Notes: generated by a model not told the origin, from the letters alone. DNA of 52,204 nucleotides, filler included, from Malassezia furfur (GCA_052055015.1; 2 parts of 2 records of this genome joined end to end with filler, not necessarily neighbours in it); one strand, 5' to 3'; positions 1 to 11,757 are shown, numbered from the whole stretch's first letter. Numbers and translations: made by a program.

Positions 1-793
1 CAAATGCGACAAACGGATAGGTGGTGGCGCGCAGCAGCGACGCGACCTGGTGCGCCTCGCGTGCACGCACGTCGCCGCCCCACACGGTCAGGTCGGCGCC
101 GCGCAGCGTGTCGACGAGCTGTGGGTCGGTCAGGACGCGCGTGCGGAAGTAGTCGTCGTCGGCGTGCGCCGCACTGGTGAGCACCACGACAAGGATGTGG
201 ATGTGCTCCTTCGCGTGTACGAGCGCCTCGGCGTAGCTCCCGGCAAAGAAGGGCGGGAGCAGCGTGCGTACGCCGTCCGCCTCGAGCGTGCCGTGGGTGT
301 CGCGTTCCAACTCGGCGATCCACGTGCGGGCACTGGCGCGCGGGTCCTCGGCGAAGCGCGAGGGCGCGAAGCGCCCGCTGGCACCTCGCGGGAGCGGGCG
401 CACGGCTCCGAGCGCACGCAGGCAGACGAGCAGCACGGTGCCGAGCAGCGAGAACGGGAACGACACGACGCGCCAGAGCTGCGCGAGCCACCGCGTGTCC
501 CATACGTTTTCGTGCGCCACGGCGCGGCCGCGCGACGCGGGCACGGGTGCGGCCGCGGGCGGCGATGCGGGGGGAGCGGGCGAGGTGGGTGCGGGTGAGT
601 CGATGGACGACGCGGCGACCGAGTGCCGGTCTTCGGCGAGCTGGGCGTCGCTGATCGCGCGAGCCGCGCGCGTGACGCTGCCGTGCTCAACGTCGAGCAT
701 CACGCGCAGCATCTCGTCGTCCGGCTGCTGCATGGGCGAGACGCCGCGCAGCGCGAGCTCCGCACGGAGCGCCTCGACCGGATCCACGTCCAT
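1..793 (-). CDS. UBX/UAS-domain protein (FAF2/Ubx2-Ubx3 family), 3'-truncated by the window edge
   Basis: Not in the ORF track. ATG at 793 gives MDVDPVEALRAEL..., then a hydrophobic hairpin (WRVVSFPFSLLGTVLLVCL) and a UAS-like domain (LPPFFAGSYAEAL...WGGDVRAREAHQVASLLRATTYPFVAF). Open to position 1. Confidence 0.8.
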   Translation of the reverse strand, partial: MDVDPVEALRAELALRGVSPMQQPDDEMLRVMLDVEHGSVTRAARAISDAQLAEDRHSVAASSIDSPAPTSPAPPASPPAAAPVPASRGRAVAHENVWDTRWLAQLWRVVSFPFSLLGTVLLVCLRALGAVRPLPRGASGRFAPSRFAEDPRASARTWIAELERDTHGTLEADGVRTLLPPFFAGSYAEALVHAKEHIHILVVVLTSAAHADDDYFRTRVLTDPQLVDTLRGADLTVWGGDVRAREAHQVASLLRATTYPFVAF

Positions 794-880
794 CGGCGGT
801 GTGGGGCAACTACGGGTGCCGCTACGTGCAGGGCCCTGGGGCGTCGCTGTGACTCGGCCGAGTAGGTGCGCCGTGCGCGC

Positions 881-3249
881 TCAGGCCGCCTTGCCCGCGT
901 CGGCGAGGTAGGCGGCGCCCACGTCGTTCGCCGCGTCCCAGAAGCGCTCGTCGACGGGCGGACGCTCGGGCGCGTACGGCTTCCCGGCGTCGGTGTGTTT
1001 GTGCGGCTCGCGTGTGCGCTCGAGGCGCTCGACGAGCGAGACGCGGTTCTCGTACTGCGTGCGGCGCACCGCGCGCTCCTCGGCGCTGTCGCGCCAGACG
1101 ATGCGCGTCAGGACGTGGTGCACCACCATGGCCAGAACCTGATACGCCTGCTCGCACACGAGTGCCACAAGGAACGACGACACGAGCGCACGCGCCACGG
1201 GGCCGTCGGGCAGCAGGCCGGGCAGCACCGCAGCGCCCGCCGGCGACGCCGGCATAGAGCTGACGCGAAGCGTCGTGTGCACGGCACGCTTGAGCCCGGC
1301 ACTCTTGTTGTGTGCCTCAAAGAGGTACACGAGCGACGCGTTTGTGAACACGCCGACGCGCACCAAGCTCGCGAGCACCTCGAGCCAGGAGCCGATGGTT
1401 TCGGTGCGCACCGGCACGGGGCGGCGCATGTTGACGACGATCTTGTAGGCGTCGGAGCGCAGCTCAAACCAGTTGTTCACGTAGCCCATCACCGGCGCGA
1501 GCGGCCAGATGGTCGACCAGAGCGTGATGGTGCCAAACTGCGTGCCCATCTCGGCGTAGTCGACAAACAGATCGTAGGCCGGCAGCGCAAACTCGGCGCC
1601 GACGCGCTGCAGAAAAGTGCGCTCCGCCTGGTCGCTCGCAAACGAGACGCGGTGCGACGAGCGTGCATGCCGCTTGTCTGCCCAGTACGCCGCCGCGCGC
1701 TCCTTCCAGCGCAGCACGGCGCGCAGCGCAATCGGTACCAGCACCTCGGACACGGTGTTCATCACCTGCCCCGTGACGCACAGCGCAAAGAGCTGGTCGT
1801 GCAGGCGCGCGGGGTGCACGGTAAAGTTGAGCTGCGTGGGCATCTGGAAGTGCGGCTGGCGCGACAGCAGCCGGAAGGCGCGCGTGAGGTAGCCCCGCGC
1901 AAACAGCGCCTGCATCAGCCGCTCGCCAAACGGAATGTATACGTAGGCGGTGAGCACCAAGCTGCCGTACGTCACGAGCGACTGCAGCCCAAAAATCTTC
2001 AGCGTAAGGCTCGCGTTGTACGAGCGGACCGTGGCGTGGTTCTCGTAGTCGGTCAGTAGGCGTGCGACTGCCTGCCAGGCCGCCTGCAGCGCGGGGATGC
2101 ACGTCGAGAAGAGGATGGTGGGCACGAGCGGCACAATGTGCTGCCCGGGCCCGTCATACACCTCGGCAACGATCACCTCGATGAAGAAGATGACGGTCAG
2201 CGCGGAAAAGAGCAGCACGACAAACAGCGCCACGACCGGCAGGCTGGCCATCACGACGCGCAGCTCGCGGCGCCACCACTCAAACACTTCCACCTGCTCG
2301 CCGGTGACCTCGTCGCGCTCCACGGCGCGCGGGCGGAACGCGGAACGCGGATCGGCGACGTTGCGCACACCCGTGGTGTCCCACCGCACCGCGTACCGCC
2401 GCTCGCGCAGGCGCCACACCTCGACAAACATGCACGCCCACACGGTGAGGGCCACCGAATACGCGGGGCTGTACAGCTCGCTGCACAGGAAAAAGACGAG
2501 GCCGAGCATCGCGGCCGGCGCAAGCGCCATAAAGTAGGTGTTCAAAAACGCAAAGTAGAGCGCAATCTGCTCGCCAAAGTGGAAGCGCAGCCGGTCAATC
2601 TCGTCGTCGCTGATGCCGAGCATGACGGAGCGCAGCGACACATTCGCCCACGCCTTGATCCACGCCGCATCAAAGATGCGGTCGTGCACGGGCATCATGT
2701 CGACCAAGTGCGGGAAGGCCGTGCACCGCACCGCTAGCCCCGCGCCGCCCTGCTCGCCGCGTCGGCCCTGCAGGCGCTCGCGGGGCATTGCCGTGAGCAG
2801 GTAGTGCACGTAGCGCACGCGGTCCGCCGGCGAAATCACTCCGCCGTCATCGGTGTACACGGCGCCCAACGTGTACCGCTTCGGCGCCTCCTGCAGTCCG
2901 CGCACTTCCACCACGCCCGACAGAAAGTCGTGCACGCTGCATCAGACCCAGCACGGCGTACGTACCGCTCGCGCTCGCGCACATCCACCAGGACCTCGTC
3001 TGGCGCATTCACAAACACCCACAGGTAGCTCGGGTCGTTCGGCGCGACGCGCGACGTGACCCGCAGCCGCTGCGCACGGATCGTGCGTACGAGCGCCTCC
3101 AACTCCGCCGTGCGCGCCTCGACAACGTCGCGCGGCATGCGCTTCGCATCCCCGTGGTATTCGGGCGGGATCGCCTCAAATTTTAACACATAATCTACGA
3201 GCGGTTCGCTCAGCACCTCGTGCTCGCGCCTGCGCCCCGCCCAGCTCAT
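881..3249 (-). CDS. IST2: Anoctamin/TMEM16 family lipid scramblase/channel (Ist2-like)
   Basis: Motifs HFGEQIALYFAFL, DYAEMGTQFG, NNWFELRSDAYK, IGSWLE and multiple TM segments. Exon 1 (ATG 3249) joins in frame across a 29-nt intron at 2937-2965. Confidence 0.9.
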
Positions 3250-3301
3250 GGCCCAACGCACGGCCGCGCCCGGCTCTCCCCCACGCCCCCGATCGCCCGG
3301 A

Positions 3302-5007
3302 TCACGTGCGGTCCGGGCGGTGCGCACGCTGCACTTCGGCCGCGTCGCCGCCGCGCAGGCGGCGCAACGCCGCGGCGGGCTTGGTGAGCAGGTCGAGGCG
3401 CTCGGTTGCGACCTGACTGCTCTTGTCGACGTGCGGATGGTGCGGGTTGATCTGCTCATCCGGAGGCAGCTGCCCATGCACCGAGCGTGAAAAGGGTTGC
3501 GCAGGCCGTTCATAGACCTCCACCGTACCGTTCGCCTCGGACTTCTCCAAGTCCTCGGACAGCGGCTCCTTGTCGGCAAAGAGCGACGCGAAAAACTCGC
3601 GCCAGCTGTGCTTTTCGTGCTCCGAGGGGGGTGCGGTGCGCGTGCGCGTGACGGTCAGCGTGCGTGTCTGCCGGACGACGTGCGGGCCAAAGTAGACGAT
3701 CGGCACCGTGATGCCGTGCGTGAGCACGGAGGAAAACACGCAGAACAGCACAACAGGCGCCACGACACGGCGAAGGTGGTTGCGTGTGCCGTCGTCGGGC
3801 ACCTTACGGATGGCCACCTCGATGTAGTACACGGCGCCCACACCGATCGGGCCAAACCAGCCCGCAAAGCACGCCTCCTTCCAGGTGCGCAACGTGGGGA
3901 TGATCTTGTACGTGAGCATCACCCACGGCAAGCGACGGAAAAGGATCACGAGGATGCCCAGCACCACGACGCGCCACCCGTTCATCCCGATCGCCATGTC
4001 GCTGTAGTCCTGCCAGGGGATGATCATACCGATGTACAAAAAGATGGCCGTATTGAACAGCATGTCGAGGATCTCTTGGAAGTCGGTCTCCTCCTGGCGC
4101 AGACGGAACCAGTCATCCCAGGTAAAGCTGTTGCCTGCCACAAAGCACGCGAGAATATCGTCCGTGCCAAACAGGCCGGCCGTCCCAAGTGTGAACATGG
4201 CGAGTGCAAAGCCGTAGCTAAAAAAGTTGTGCATGTCGATCAGCTTGTGCTCGGCAGCCCAGCGTAGCACCTTGCGTGCCAGGTAGCCCAGTAGTGCGCC
4301 ATACACACACGACAGGAGAATCTGGTACACAATTACGCTGTAGAACCAGCGCCAGACCTCGTCACCGACCGACTCGCCGTAGTCGGAGTGCGTGCGTGCC
4401 AGCAGGTACACGGCCAGGAACAGAAAGGGGAAGCCCAGTCCGTCGTTCGCGCCGCTCTCGGCCAGGATGATGTGCCGCACACGCTCTTCGACGTGCTCCT
4501 CCGCAAAGCGGCCCGAGGTGATCGAGTTCGCCAGCACGGGGTCAGTTGGGGTGACCGCGGCGGCGATGCACAACGCCTCGAGGTACGACAGGTCTTTGAT
4601 CATGGCCCATACGAACAATGCCGTGGTGAACCACGCGGCGGTCATGACCATCAGGAGCAGCACCATCAGGCTGTACCTTTTCTTCCAGAGGTACTTTTCC
4701 GGTAAGCTAATTCCAGTGAAAAGCACCTGGACGCCAATGACCAGCCGCGCAAGCTGGTAGGTGACCTCGTTTGTGTCCTCCTCACTACCCCACGAAAACG
4801 GGTCGACCCAGTTGAGGACGTGCGGGCCGGCCAGGATGCTGAGTGAGAGTGCGCAACATACCCGACCGTCGTGGCAAGCAGCGGCTCCGAGAGATAGAGA
4901 CGCTCTTTCACCACATAACTAAACAGGCCGTAGAATACAATGAACCCGCCCATGATGGCGAGCCCTTTCGAGACCTGCGAAAGCTCGGTCTCAATAATGT
5001 CCAACAT
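3302..5007 (-). CDS. NHA1: Na+(K+)/H+ antiporter, fungal Nha1/CPA1 family
   Basis: Motifs KERLYLSE, TPTDPVLA, ESGANDGLGFPF, GTDDILACF, GWFGPIGVGA. A 23-nt intron at 4839-4861 joins LATTVG/ILAGP in frame. Confidence 0.9.
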
Positions 5008-5400
5008 CGGAAGAAATCACAGGCGCGCCTGTGTAGAGCGTGTGTTACTGAACTGGGCAGAAGAAACGAGAGAGAGGTGCTGTGTTGCAGAAAAAGTTCA
5101 TAGAAGAGCAAGGTACAACTGGAACCGTCGTGCGTGTCCAGCCAATGCAGTCGTTGACGTCTACAATACTCTATCGCGCGCGAGACGCACGCCAAGCTTG
5201 GCACGCCGCTGACTAATGTGGGCCGGCGTCGCGAGCGCACCGCATGCGCGTGCGCGAGGAAGGACGCCGAGCCGTTGCTCTTCTCATCGAATGAGGCCCC
5301 CAGCGGTGGAATGCACGCTGCAGACTAATTTGGATGAGGTCCTGACGAGAAAACTGACTGACACACCACCAGCAAACGCAGCAGAATTGTTCAAGGTTCA

Positions 5401-6373
5401 TTAGCGCAAGGCCCACCTGTGTCAGTCGTCGAACGCACATCTGTACATCAAACAGCTCCTCCGGGAAGCCCAGCTGGACCTCGTAGTGCACCACCTCGAG
5501 CTGGGCCGCGGAAAAGAGGCGCTCATAGAGCTTGCGCGAGCTGATATAAGCTTGTGCGACGTACCGGGTCACCGAAAAGTCCTCCTCGTCATACCACGTC
5601 GCCTCGGTGCCATCCTCGCTGTCGCGGCACACGTTCTCTTTCACCACAATCACGCCGCCGGGGTAAGCGTCCTCGCCGCTGCCCGAGGGGGGGCGGAGCG
5701 CCTTTTGGGCCTCTTCCAGGAACGCGAGCAGGTCCTTCTCAGAGAGGTGCTGCAGACACCATTGGCACCAGATCACGTCGTATTGTACGGGCTCATCCAT
5801 CGGCGGAGGTGCCTCACCGTTCATGATGGTTGGCGCAAGCTGCAGCGACGCATCCTTTACCGCCGTGTAGGGACGCGCGATCGGGAAACCCTGCAGCGGC
5901 GAGGTGTGGAAGAAGGCTGCCTTCTTCGCGTGGAAGGGCGAGGAGGCCTCGGTTTGCTTGAGCGGCGCCCAGTTCGGCGAGTTGCGCTTCGCCTCTTGGA
6001 GGAACTTGTGCACCGGTTCCACGAGGTGCACCTCGTCGACGAGCGGCAGCAGACTGTGCTCCGACACGCGGCCGATTCCCGCGCCACAGTCGAGTGCCCG
6101 TGTAACCGTCTTGCCAGGTCCGCCGCGCTGCTCAATGCGGTGCGCAAGCCACTCTTGCGGCGTCCCGTTGTACGAGCACGGCGCGGTGCTGCTCAGCGAC
6201 GGCAGCACCCGAAGAAGAAAGGTGCGCGAGCCGAGCGCATCGATGCGTGGCAGTGTACCGTTTCCAAACCCGCCGAGCACACCATCAACGGTGGCAGGCA
6301 CACTCTCCCAATACTCAATTCCTTTGGCTACATCCGGTGTCGGATGCACCACGCGCACCACATTCGCCGTCAT
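5401..6373 (-). CDS. TAE1: Alpha N-terminal protein methyltransferase (NTM1/Tae1)
   Basis: Motifs DGVLGG, LDCGAGIGRV, IWCQWC, VVKEN. Removing introns 5541-5564 (24 nt) and 5417-5438 (22 nt) restores SVTRS and the C-terminus VQMWALR*. Confidence 0.92.
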
Positions 6374-6400
6374 CGACGAAAAAGGTGGAGGCGCCCTAGT

Positions 6401-7435
6401 CTATTCGGCCCACTCGCGGAGCATCTTGTTGAAGCGCTCGGGGAACTGGGCGTGCAGCGCGTGGCCACCGCTGGCCCACTCGACGTACTCGGCATCGGGC
6501 ATCTGGTCACGCAAATAGCGCGAGTGGCTTGTGTTCACCAGCTGGTCCCAGTCGCCGGTCATGATGCGAATTTTGGGGATGTCGGCGTTGATGCGCGCGA
6601 GCGCCTCGGGCGGCACCTTGTGCGTGAGCGCGGCAGAGATCTGCGACAGCGCACCGTGCCCCGTGGGGCGACGGGCAAACCCGAAGCGCCACATGAACAG
6701 CGGACGCATCACCTCGCGGTTCGTGCGCGACGGGTCCCGCGGACTCATCTCGTCCAGCCAGGCGGGCGGGAAGAGCACGTCGATCATGCGGTGTACGCGC
6801 GCCTCGGGTGTGCCGTAGCCAAAAATTTGCTCCGACATCCCCGTTGCGATCGCCTTGAGGCCCAGGTAGGGCGGCAGGTTGTGCTTCTCGCCGGCGGTCG
6901 TGCTCAGGAGAAGCAGGGTGCAGAATCGCTTGGGCTCCTTCCGCGCAAGCTCGAGCGCGATCATACCGCCCATCGACACACCGATCAGGTTGATACTGCG
7001 CTCCTGCGTCCAGCCAATGTGCGCAAAGACCTCGAGCACGTCCAGCGCAAAATCGCTCGTGCGGTAGCGTGTCTTGGGCGCGTCGGTGTTGCCGTAGCCC
7101 CGGTTGTCCAGCACCAGCACCGAGAACTCGGGATCAGCGCCGAACTCTTCGACCTGATCGAGCCAGCCAAAGCACGAGTTGTTCAGGCCCATGATGAACG
7201 CGAGCCGCTTGGGGCCCTTGCCGTGCAGCTCATAGTACATGTCGAAGCCTGGCTGGCCGTCCATGGAATGCTTGGCATCCACGCGGTCCTTGGCAATGCG
7301 CAACGGTCCTTTGGAGACCAGTGTCGCTGGGTTGAACACCGATGGCCTGTATGCATCGCCCGCATCGGTGCGCGCGCGGTCAAGCAATTCCGTCGTCGCG
7401 CCCTTGTAGGCAGCCCCCACCGGAATCGTGCTCAT
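6401..7435 (-). CDS. Alpha/beta-hydrolase fold protein, substrate unknown
   Basis: 344-aa intronless ORF with LDNRGYG, nucleophile elbow GVSMGG, candidate catalytic Asp (TGDWD) and His (GGHAL). Confidence 0.85.
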   Translation of the reverse strand: MSTIPVGAAYKGATTELLDRARTDAGDAYRPSVFNPATLVSKGPLRIAKDRVDAKHSMDGQPGFDMYYELHGKGPKRLAFIMGLNNSCFGWLDQVEEFGADPEFSVLVLDNRGYGNTDAPKTRYRTSDFALDVLEVFAHIGWTQERSINLIGVSMGGMIALELARKEPKRFCTLLLLSTTAGEKHNLPPYLGLKAIATGMSEQIFGYGTPEARVHRMIDVLFPPAWLDEMSPRDPSRTNREVMRPLFMWRFGFARRPTGHGALSQISAALTHKVPPEALARINADIPKIRIMTGDWDQLVNTSHSRYLRDQMPDAEYVEWASGGHALHAQFPERFNKMLREWAE

Positions 7436-7476
7436 GATGTGGAGTCAAGCGGATTTCACACGCGCCTCGATTCGCC

Positions 7477-9495
7477 ATGACGCTGCGGGCATGCCTGTCC
7501 GTCAGCGGGGGGGTGCGCGCGGCCCTCCAAGAAGGCCGGCCTGTTGTCGCCTTGGAGTCGACCATTATCACGCATGGGCTGCCGCGGCCCATCAACTATG
7601 AAACGGCCGTTGCTGCCGAAGAGGCGGTACGCAAGGCCGGTGCCGAGCCGGCGACCATTGCCTTGCTGGACGGCCAGGCGCACATCGGCTTGTCGCGAAG
7701 CCAGCTCGCACGCATTGCCGAGGCCAAGGAGAATTTGTACAAGGCGAGCCGAGCGAATCTGGCGCAAACTCTCGCCCAGGGAAAGGGGCATGTGGGAGGC
7801 ACGACGGTGAGCGGCACCATGGCGCTGGCGCATCTGGCCGGTATCCGCATCTTTGCGACGGGCGGCATTGGTGGTGTCCATCGCGGTGCCGAGTCGTCCA
7901 TGGACATTTCGGCGGACCTCGTCGAGCTGGGGCGGACACCGGTCGCGGTCTTCAGCTCGGGCGCCAAATCCATCCTGGACATTCCTCGAACGCTCGAGTA
8001 TCTCGAGACGCAGGGCGTACCGGTCATGTCCTTCCACCCCTCGGGCGAGTTTCCAAGTTTCTACTCGGCATGCTCGGGACTGTACGTGCCGAGCGTCCGC
8101 GACGCCCTCGAAGCCGCGCGGATCATTGCGTACAATCAGGCTTTGCAGCTGCAGAATGGCCTGCTCTTTGGCGTACCCATCCCAGCCGAGTTTGAGCAAG
8201 AAGGCGCGGCCATACAGGAGGCGGTAGAAAGGGCCGTCCGGGAGAGTGTCGAGCAGGGCATCGACCGACAGGGAAAACTCGCAACACCCTGGCTCTTGCG
8301 ACGCGTGGCCGAGTTGGCACAGCAGTCGGTGACGAGCAACATTGGGCTTGTGCTCAACAATGCTCGCGTGGCGGCAGAATGTGCCGTCGCTCTCGCAAAG
8401 GTGTCGCAAAGCAACGTTCAGCCTCCTCCTCGCATGGTAAGTGCATGGCTTACGCAGTAGGCGCGCAAAGCAATCTGCAACGCCCTCGTCGTGGGGTGCG
8501 CTGCAGTAGACATCACCGCCCAGCGAACCTCGCTGCCGGCCGTGCACAGCACAGCCAAAGGACAGGTGCGCTTTTCGCTCGGCGGTGTTGCGCAAAACGT
8601 TGCCAGCGCTGCACAGACGATCCTGGCGGACCGGGCTTCGGTCTTGCTGGCGGCACCCATCAATCCGTCGGATGTGTTGGGAAAATTTGCACAGGCTGAA
8701 ATGGCTCGCAGGCGTCTCCAGAGCGGTGCATTAATCCATATACGTGGGCGCACGGCGACTTGCAACCTGCTTCTGAACGAGCACGGTGATTTGGAAACGG
8801 GTGTCGCCGACATGGAGGCGGTGGAATCATCATTGACACCCGACGCCATGGAGAGGATTTTTTGCGAGCACTTTTCCCAGAATCTGCGCGTGGTGGGCGT
8901 CGATGCAAATGTGCTTCCTCATACTCTGGCCAAGCTGGCCCAGCTATGCAACGAAAAGAAAATACCCTTGCTCTTCGAGCCTACCTCGGTCGCCAAGTCG
9001 GACCGGCTCGTGTACGCCTTGCTGGACACCCCCAACCGGGCGAACTTTTCCACGCCCAATACATTGGAGCTGGCACACATGGCGCAGACATTGCGCGGTA
9101 GAGGCGTGCATGGCAAACCGATCCAAGCCCCTCAAATGCTGATGCACGTCCTACCGCTGGGCGCCCAGGCCTTGGTGGACGACGCCAGTGTGCTGTCTCA
9201 CCTCGTCGATGTACAACTCATCAAGATGGGCCCATTGGGTGTGCTCGTGGTACGCCGTTGCGGAGTCCAAACCCAAGTTGCCTACGCCCCAGCCCATGTC
9301 CTGGAAGCGTCTAAGTCGGTCAATACGACAGGGGCAGGCGACACATTCACTGGCGCCGTTGTCGCGGCTCTCTGTGAGATGCATACAGAGGCTGTCCCGT
9401 CTATGGACCAACTTTTGTCGCTCGTCGACCGAGGCCAGGCGGCGGCGGTCTGCACGCTGTACAGCAACGAGGCCGTCGCGCCGTCTTTCACGTAG
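7477..9495 (+). CDS. Bifunctional pseudouridine-5'-phosphate glycosidase (PsuG/IndA) plus PfkB-family pseudouridine kinase
   Basis: N-terminal VVALESTIITHG, TTVSGTM, GGIGGVHRG, DISADL, GAKSILD; C-terminal PfkB motifs FEPTS, TPNTLEL, NTTGAGDTF. An intron at 8437-8460 joins the two ORFs in frame. Confidence 0.9.
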
Positions 9496-9566
9496 CTGTC
9501 AACCAACACTTACCTCCACCTCCACTACCAAGGTATCCCTCCGCAGACACGAGAACAGCGGACTCC

Positions 9567-10336
9567 ATGGTGTCTTCGCGTTTCTTGCGCTTTTTCTTCT
9601 TGGCAATCCTGCTTGTTGTGGTACCGTCATTTGTGTATCTATCGCAACGTCAAAACGGCTTTGTTCGGGATCCTGAAACGGGTGAATGGTTCTCTGAGGA
9701 CTCCTACAAACATGGCAATAAGCCGGCACAGCTAGAGCAAGGACACGGTCCGCTTGTGTCCAACATGTTTAAGGGATTCTCGAACCTCTGGAATCTCGGA
9801 CATGACGCTTCAACCACAACACTCTCTTCACCGTCTACCTCTCTCAACGTCCCCGCACCAACAGCGCCGCCGGTCGAAGAACCCGAGGTTGAAGGGGCGT
9901 ATGCACACCAGATGACCAACGCCACGGCCAAGTACGTCGCGAGCTAACACCTAGGGCCGCTCTCGGTCGTGCAACATGGCATTTCTTGCACACGATGACC
10001 TTACGATTTCCTGAAAACCCTACCAAACAGCAGTCCGAGGATCTGCGCTCCTTTTTTCACTTATTCTCTAAACTATACCCATGCGGAGACTGCGCTGCTC
10101 ATTTCCAGAAACTGTTGGAGGAGCGGCCACCCCAGGTACTGTCGCGTCGCAACGCAGCGTTGTGGCTTTGTGGCGTACACAACGTCGTAAACGAGCGCTT
10201 GGGCAAGCCGGAATTTGACTGCCAGCTACTCAACTCAACCTATGATTGTGGCTGCGGCCCAGAGTCGGACACACCACTGTCCTCTATCCATCCCGAAGAA
10301 GCCACTGGCCTCGCCCATATAATGCCGATTTCGTAA
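9567..10336 (+). CDS. ERV2: FAD-linked sulfhydryl oxidase Erv2
   Basis: N-terminal signal anchor. After a 23-nt intron (9932-9954): LGRATWHFLH, LYPCGDCA (CxxC), WLCGVHNVVNERLGKPEFDC and the C-terminal CGC motif. Confidence 0.92.
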
Positions 10337-10478
10337 TAGACCACCTGAAATCGCACGAACGATCGGGCGGAATTTCGCTATCGAAAATCTCGCGCTCAGT
10401 ATGCTATTACGCCCAACCCCACGCCCCACCCCACGCAGACGGGCGTGATCTGTGCGGGCCACCGCTCCACTTACAAGC

Positions 10479-10634
10479 TTCGAGAACGTCGAAATTGTCC
10501 CGTGCTGGCGGGTGAGGCGGTGCGTTACGTAATGATGCATAGGCTGTGGCCCGTGCCACCTCAAGAATCCACTGCGCTGATCACACCGACGGGGAAACAC
10601 GCCGGACTACAGGCCAGACGGGAGCGCATATAAA
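10479..10634 (+). promoter_or_regulatory. Putative promoter of the Gly-rich gene: HSE-like TTCnnGAA, bZIP-type TTACGTAA, TATA box
   Basis: TTCGAGAA at 10479-10486, TTACGTAA at 10525-10532 and TATAAA at 10629-10634, about 45 nt upstream of ATG 10678. Function is inferred. Confidence 0.4.
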
Positions 10635-10677
10635 TAGACAATAGCGCACGTTCCGGGTAGGTTAGTATCGAACAATC

Positions 10678-11615
10678 ATGTCCAACTTCCTGAACAACTT
10701 GACCGGCGGTGGCCAGAACGACCAGGGCGGTATGTGTAGATTTTAAAGGAGCATGCTTGCTAACCAACAGGTGGCTTCGCCAACAACCTTCTGCACAAGG
10801 TGGCCGATAAGGTCGGCAACCACGGCCAGGGCGGCCAGGGCGGCCAGGGTGGCCTTGGTGGTTTTGTTAACAACCTGATGGGCAACAACAACCAGGGTGG
10901 CCAGGGCGGCTACGGCGGCAGCCAAGGTGGCTACGGTGGCAGCCAGGGCGGCAGCTATGGTGGCAGCTCGGACAGCTACGGCAGCAACCAGGGCGGCAAC
11001 TTCGGCAGCAACTCTGGTGGCTACGGTGGCAGCCAGGGCGGCTACGGCGGCAACTCGGACAACTTTGGTTCGGGCGGTAGCGGCGGCTACGGCGGCGGCT
11101 CTGACAACTTCGGTGGCTCGTCGGGCGGCTACGGCGGTGGCTCCGACAACTTCAGCTCCGGCGGCAGCGGCGGCTTCGGCGGCGGCGAGTCCGGTCGTCA
11201 CCACCACCGTCACCACGGCGGCGGTGGCAATGACAACTTCGGTGGCAGCTCCGGCGGCTACGGCGGCGGCTCCGACAACTTCGGTGGCTCGTCGGGCGGC
11301 TACGGCGGTGGCTCCGACAACTTCGGCTCCGGCGGCAGCGGCGGCTTCGGCGGCAACTCCGGCGGCTACGGCGGTGGCTCCGACAACTTCGGTGGCTCGT
11401 CGGGCGGCTACGGCGGTGGCTCTGACAACTTCGGTGGCAACCAGGGCGGCTTCGGCGGCAACTCTGGTGGCTACGGTGGTGGCTCCGACAACTTTGGTGG
11501 CAGCCAGGGCGGCTACGGTGGTGGCCAGGGCGGCTACGGTGGTGGCCAGGGCGGCTATGGCGGCGGCCAAGGCGGCTACGGTGGCGGCCAGGGCGGCTAC
11601 GGTGGCAACTACTAA
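10678..11615 (+). CDS. Glycine-rich low-complexity (prion-like) repeat protein, about 298 aa
   Basis: ATG 10678 (MSNFLNNLTGGGQNDQGG) and a 41-nt intron at 10730-10770 (GTATGT...GCTAAC...CAG) join the ORF-track frame. Strongly biased codon use (GGC/GGT, TAC, AAC, TTC). No signal peptide. Confidence 0.85.
10895..11612 (+). repeat. Coding tandem repeats: 42-nt GGYGGGSDNFGGSS-type units and 21-nt GGYGG(G/S)Q units
   Basis: Near-identical copies of ggcggctacggcggtggctccgacaacttcggtggctcgtcg and ggcggctacggtggtggccag are directly visible. Confidence 0.95.
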
Positions 11616-11757
11616 ACGGATTTCTTTGACCCATCGACTCAGTAAATGCCACAGCATTGTTTCCTTAATTGAATGCACATCTTGTTCCATGGTATAAGTC
11701 ATACTACATAGAGTTCTGCTAATGAACATGAGCTTAATTGATCTGCATTGCATCACT

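Noticed and set aside
5330..5360. CTGACGAG...AAAC resembling a hammerhead ribozyme core
   Set aside because: No stem II between the core elements and no flanking helices.
10743..11756. Ala/Thr/Val-rich ORFs antisense or frameshifted to the Gly-rich gene, and the repeats as a possible CRISPR array
   Set aside because: These are shadows of codon-level repeats. There are no unique spacers or cas genes, and the DNA is eukaryotic.
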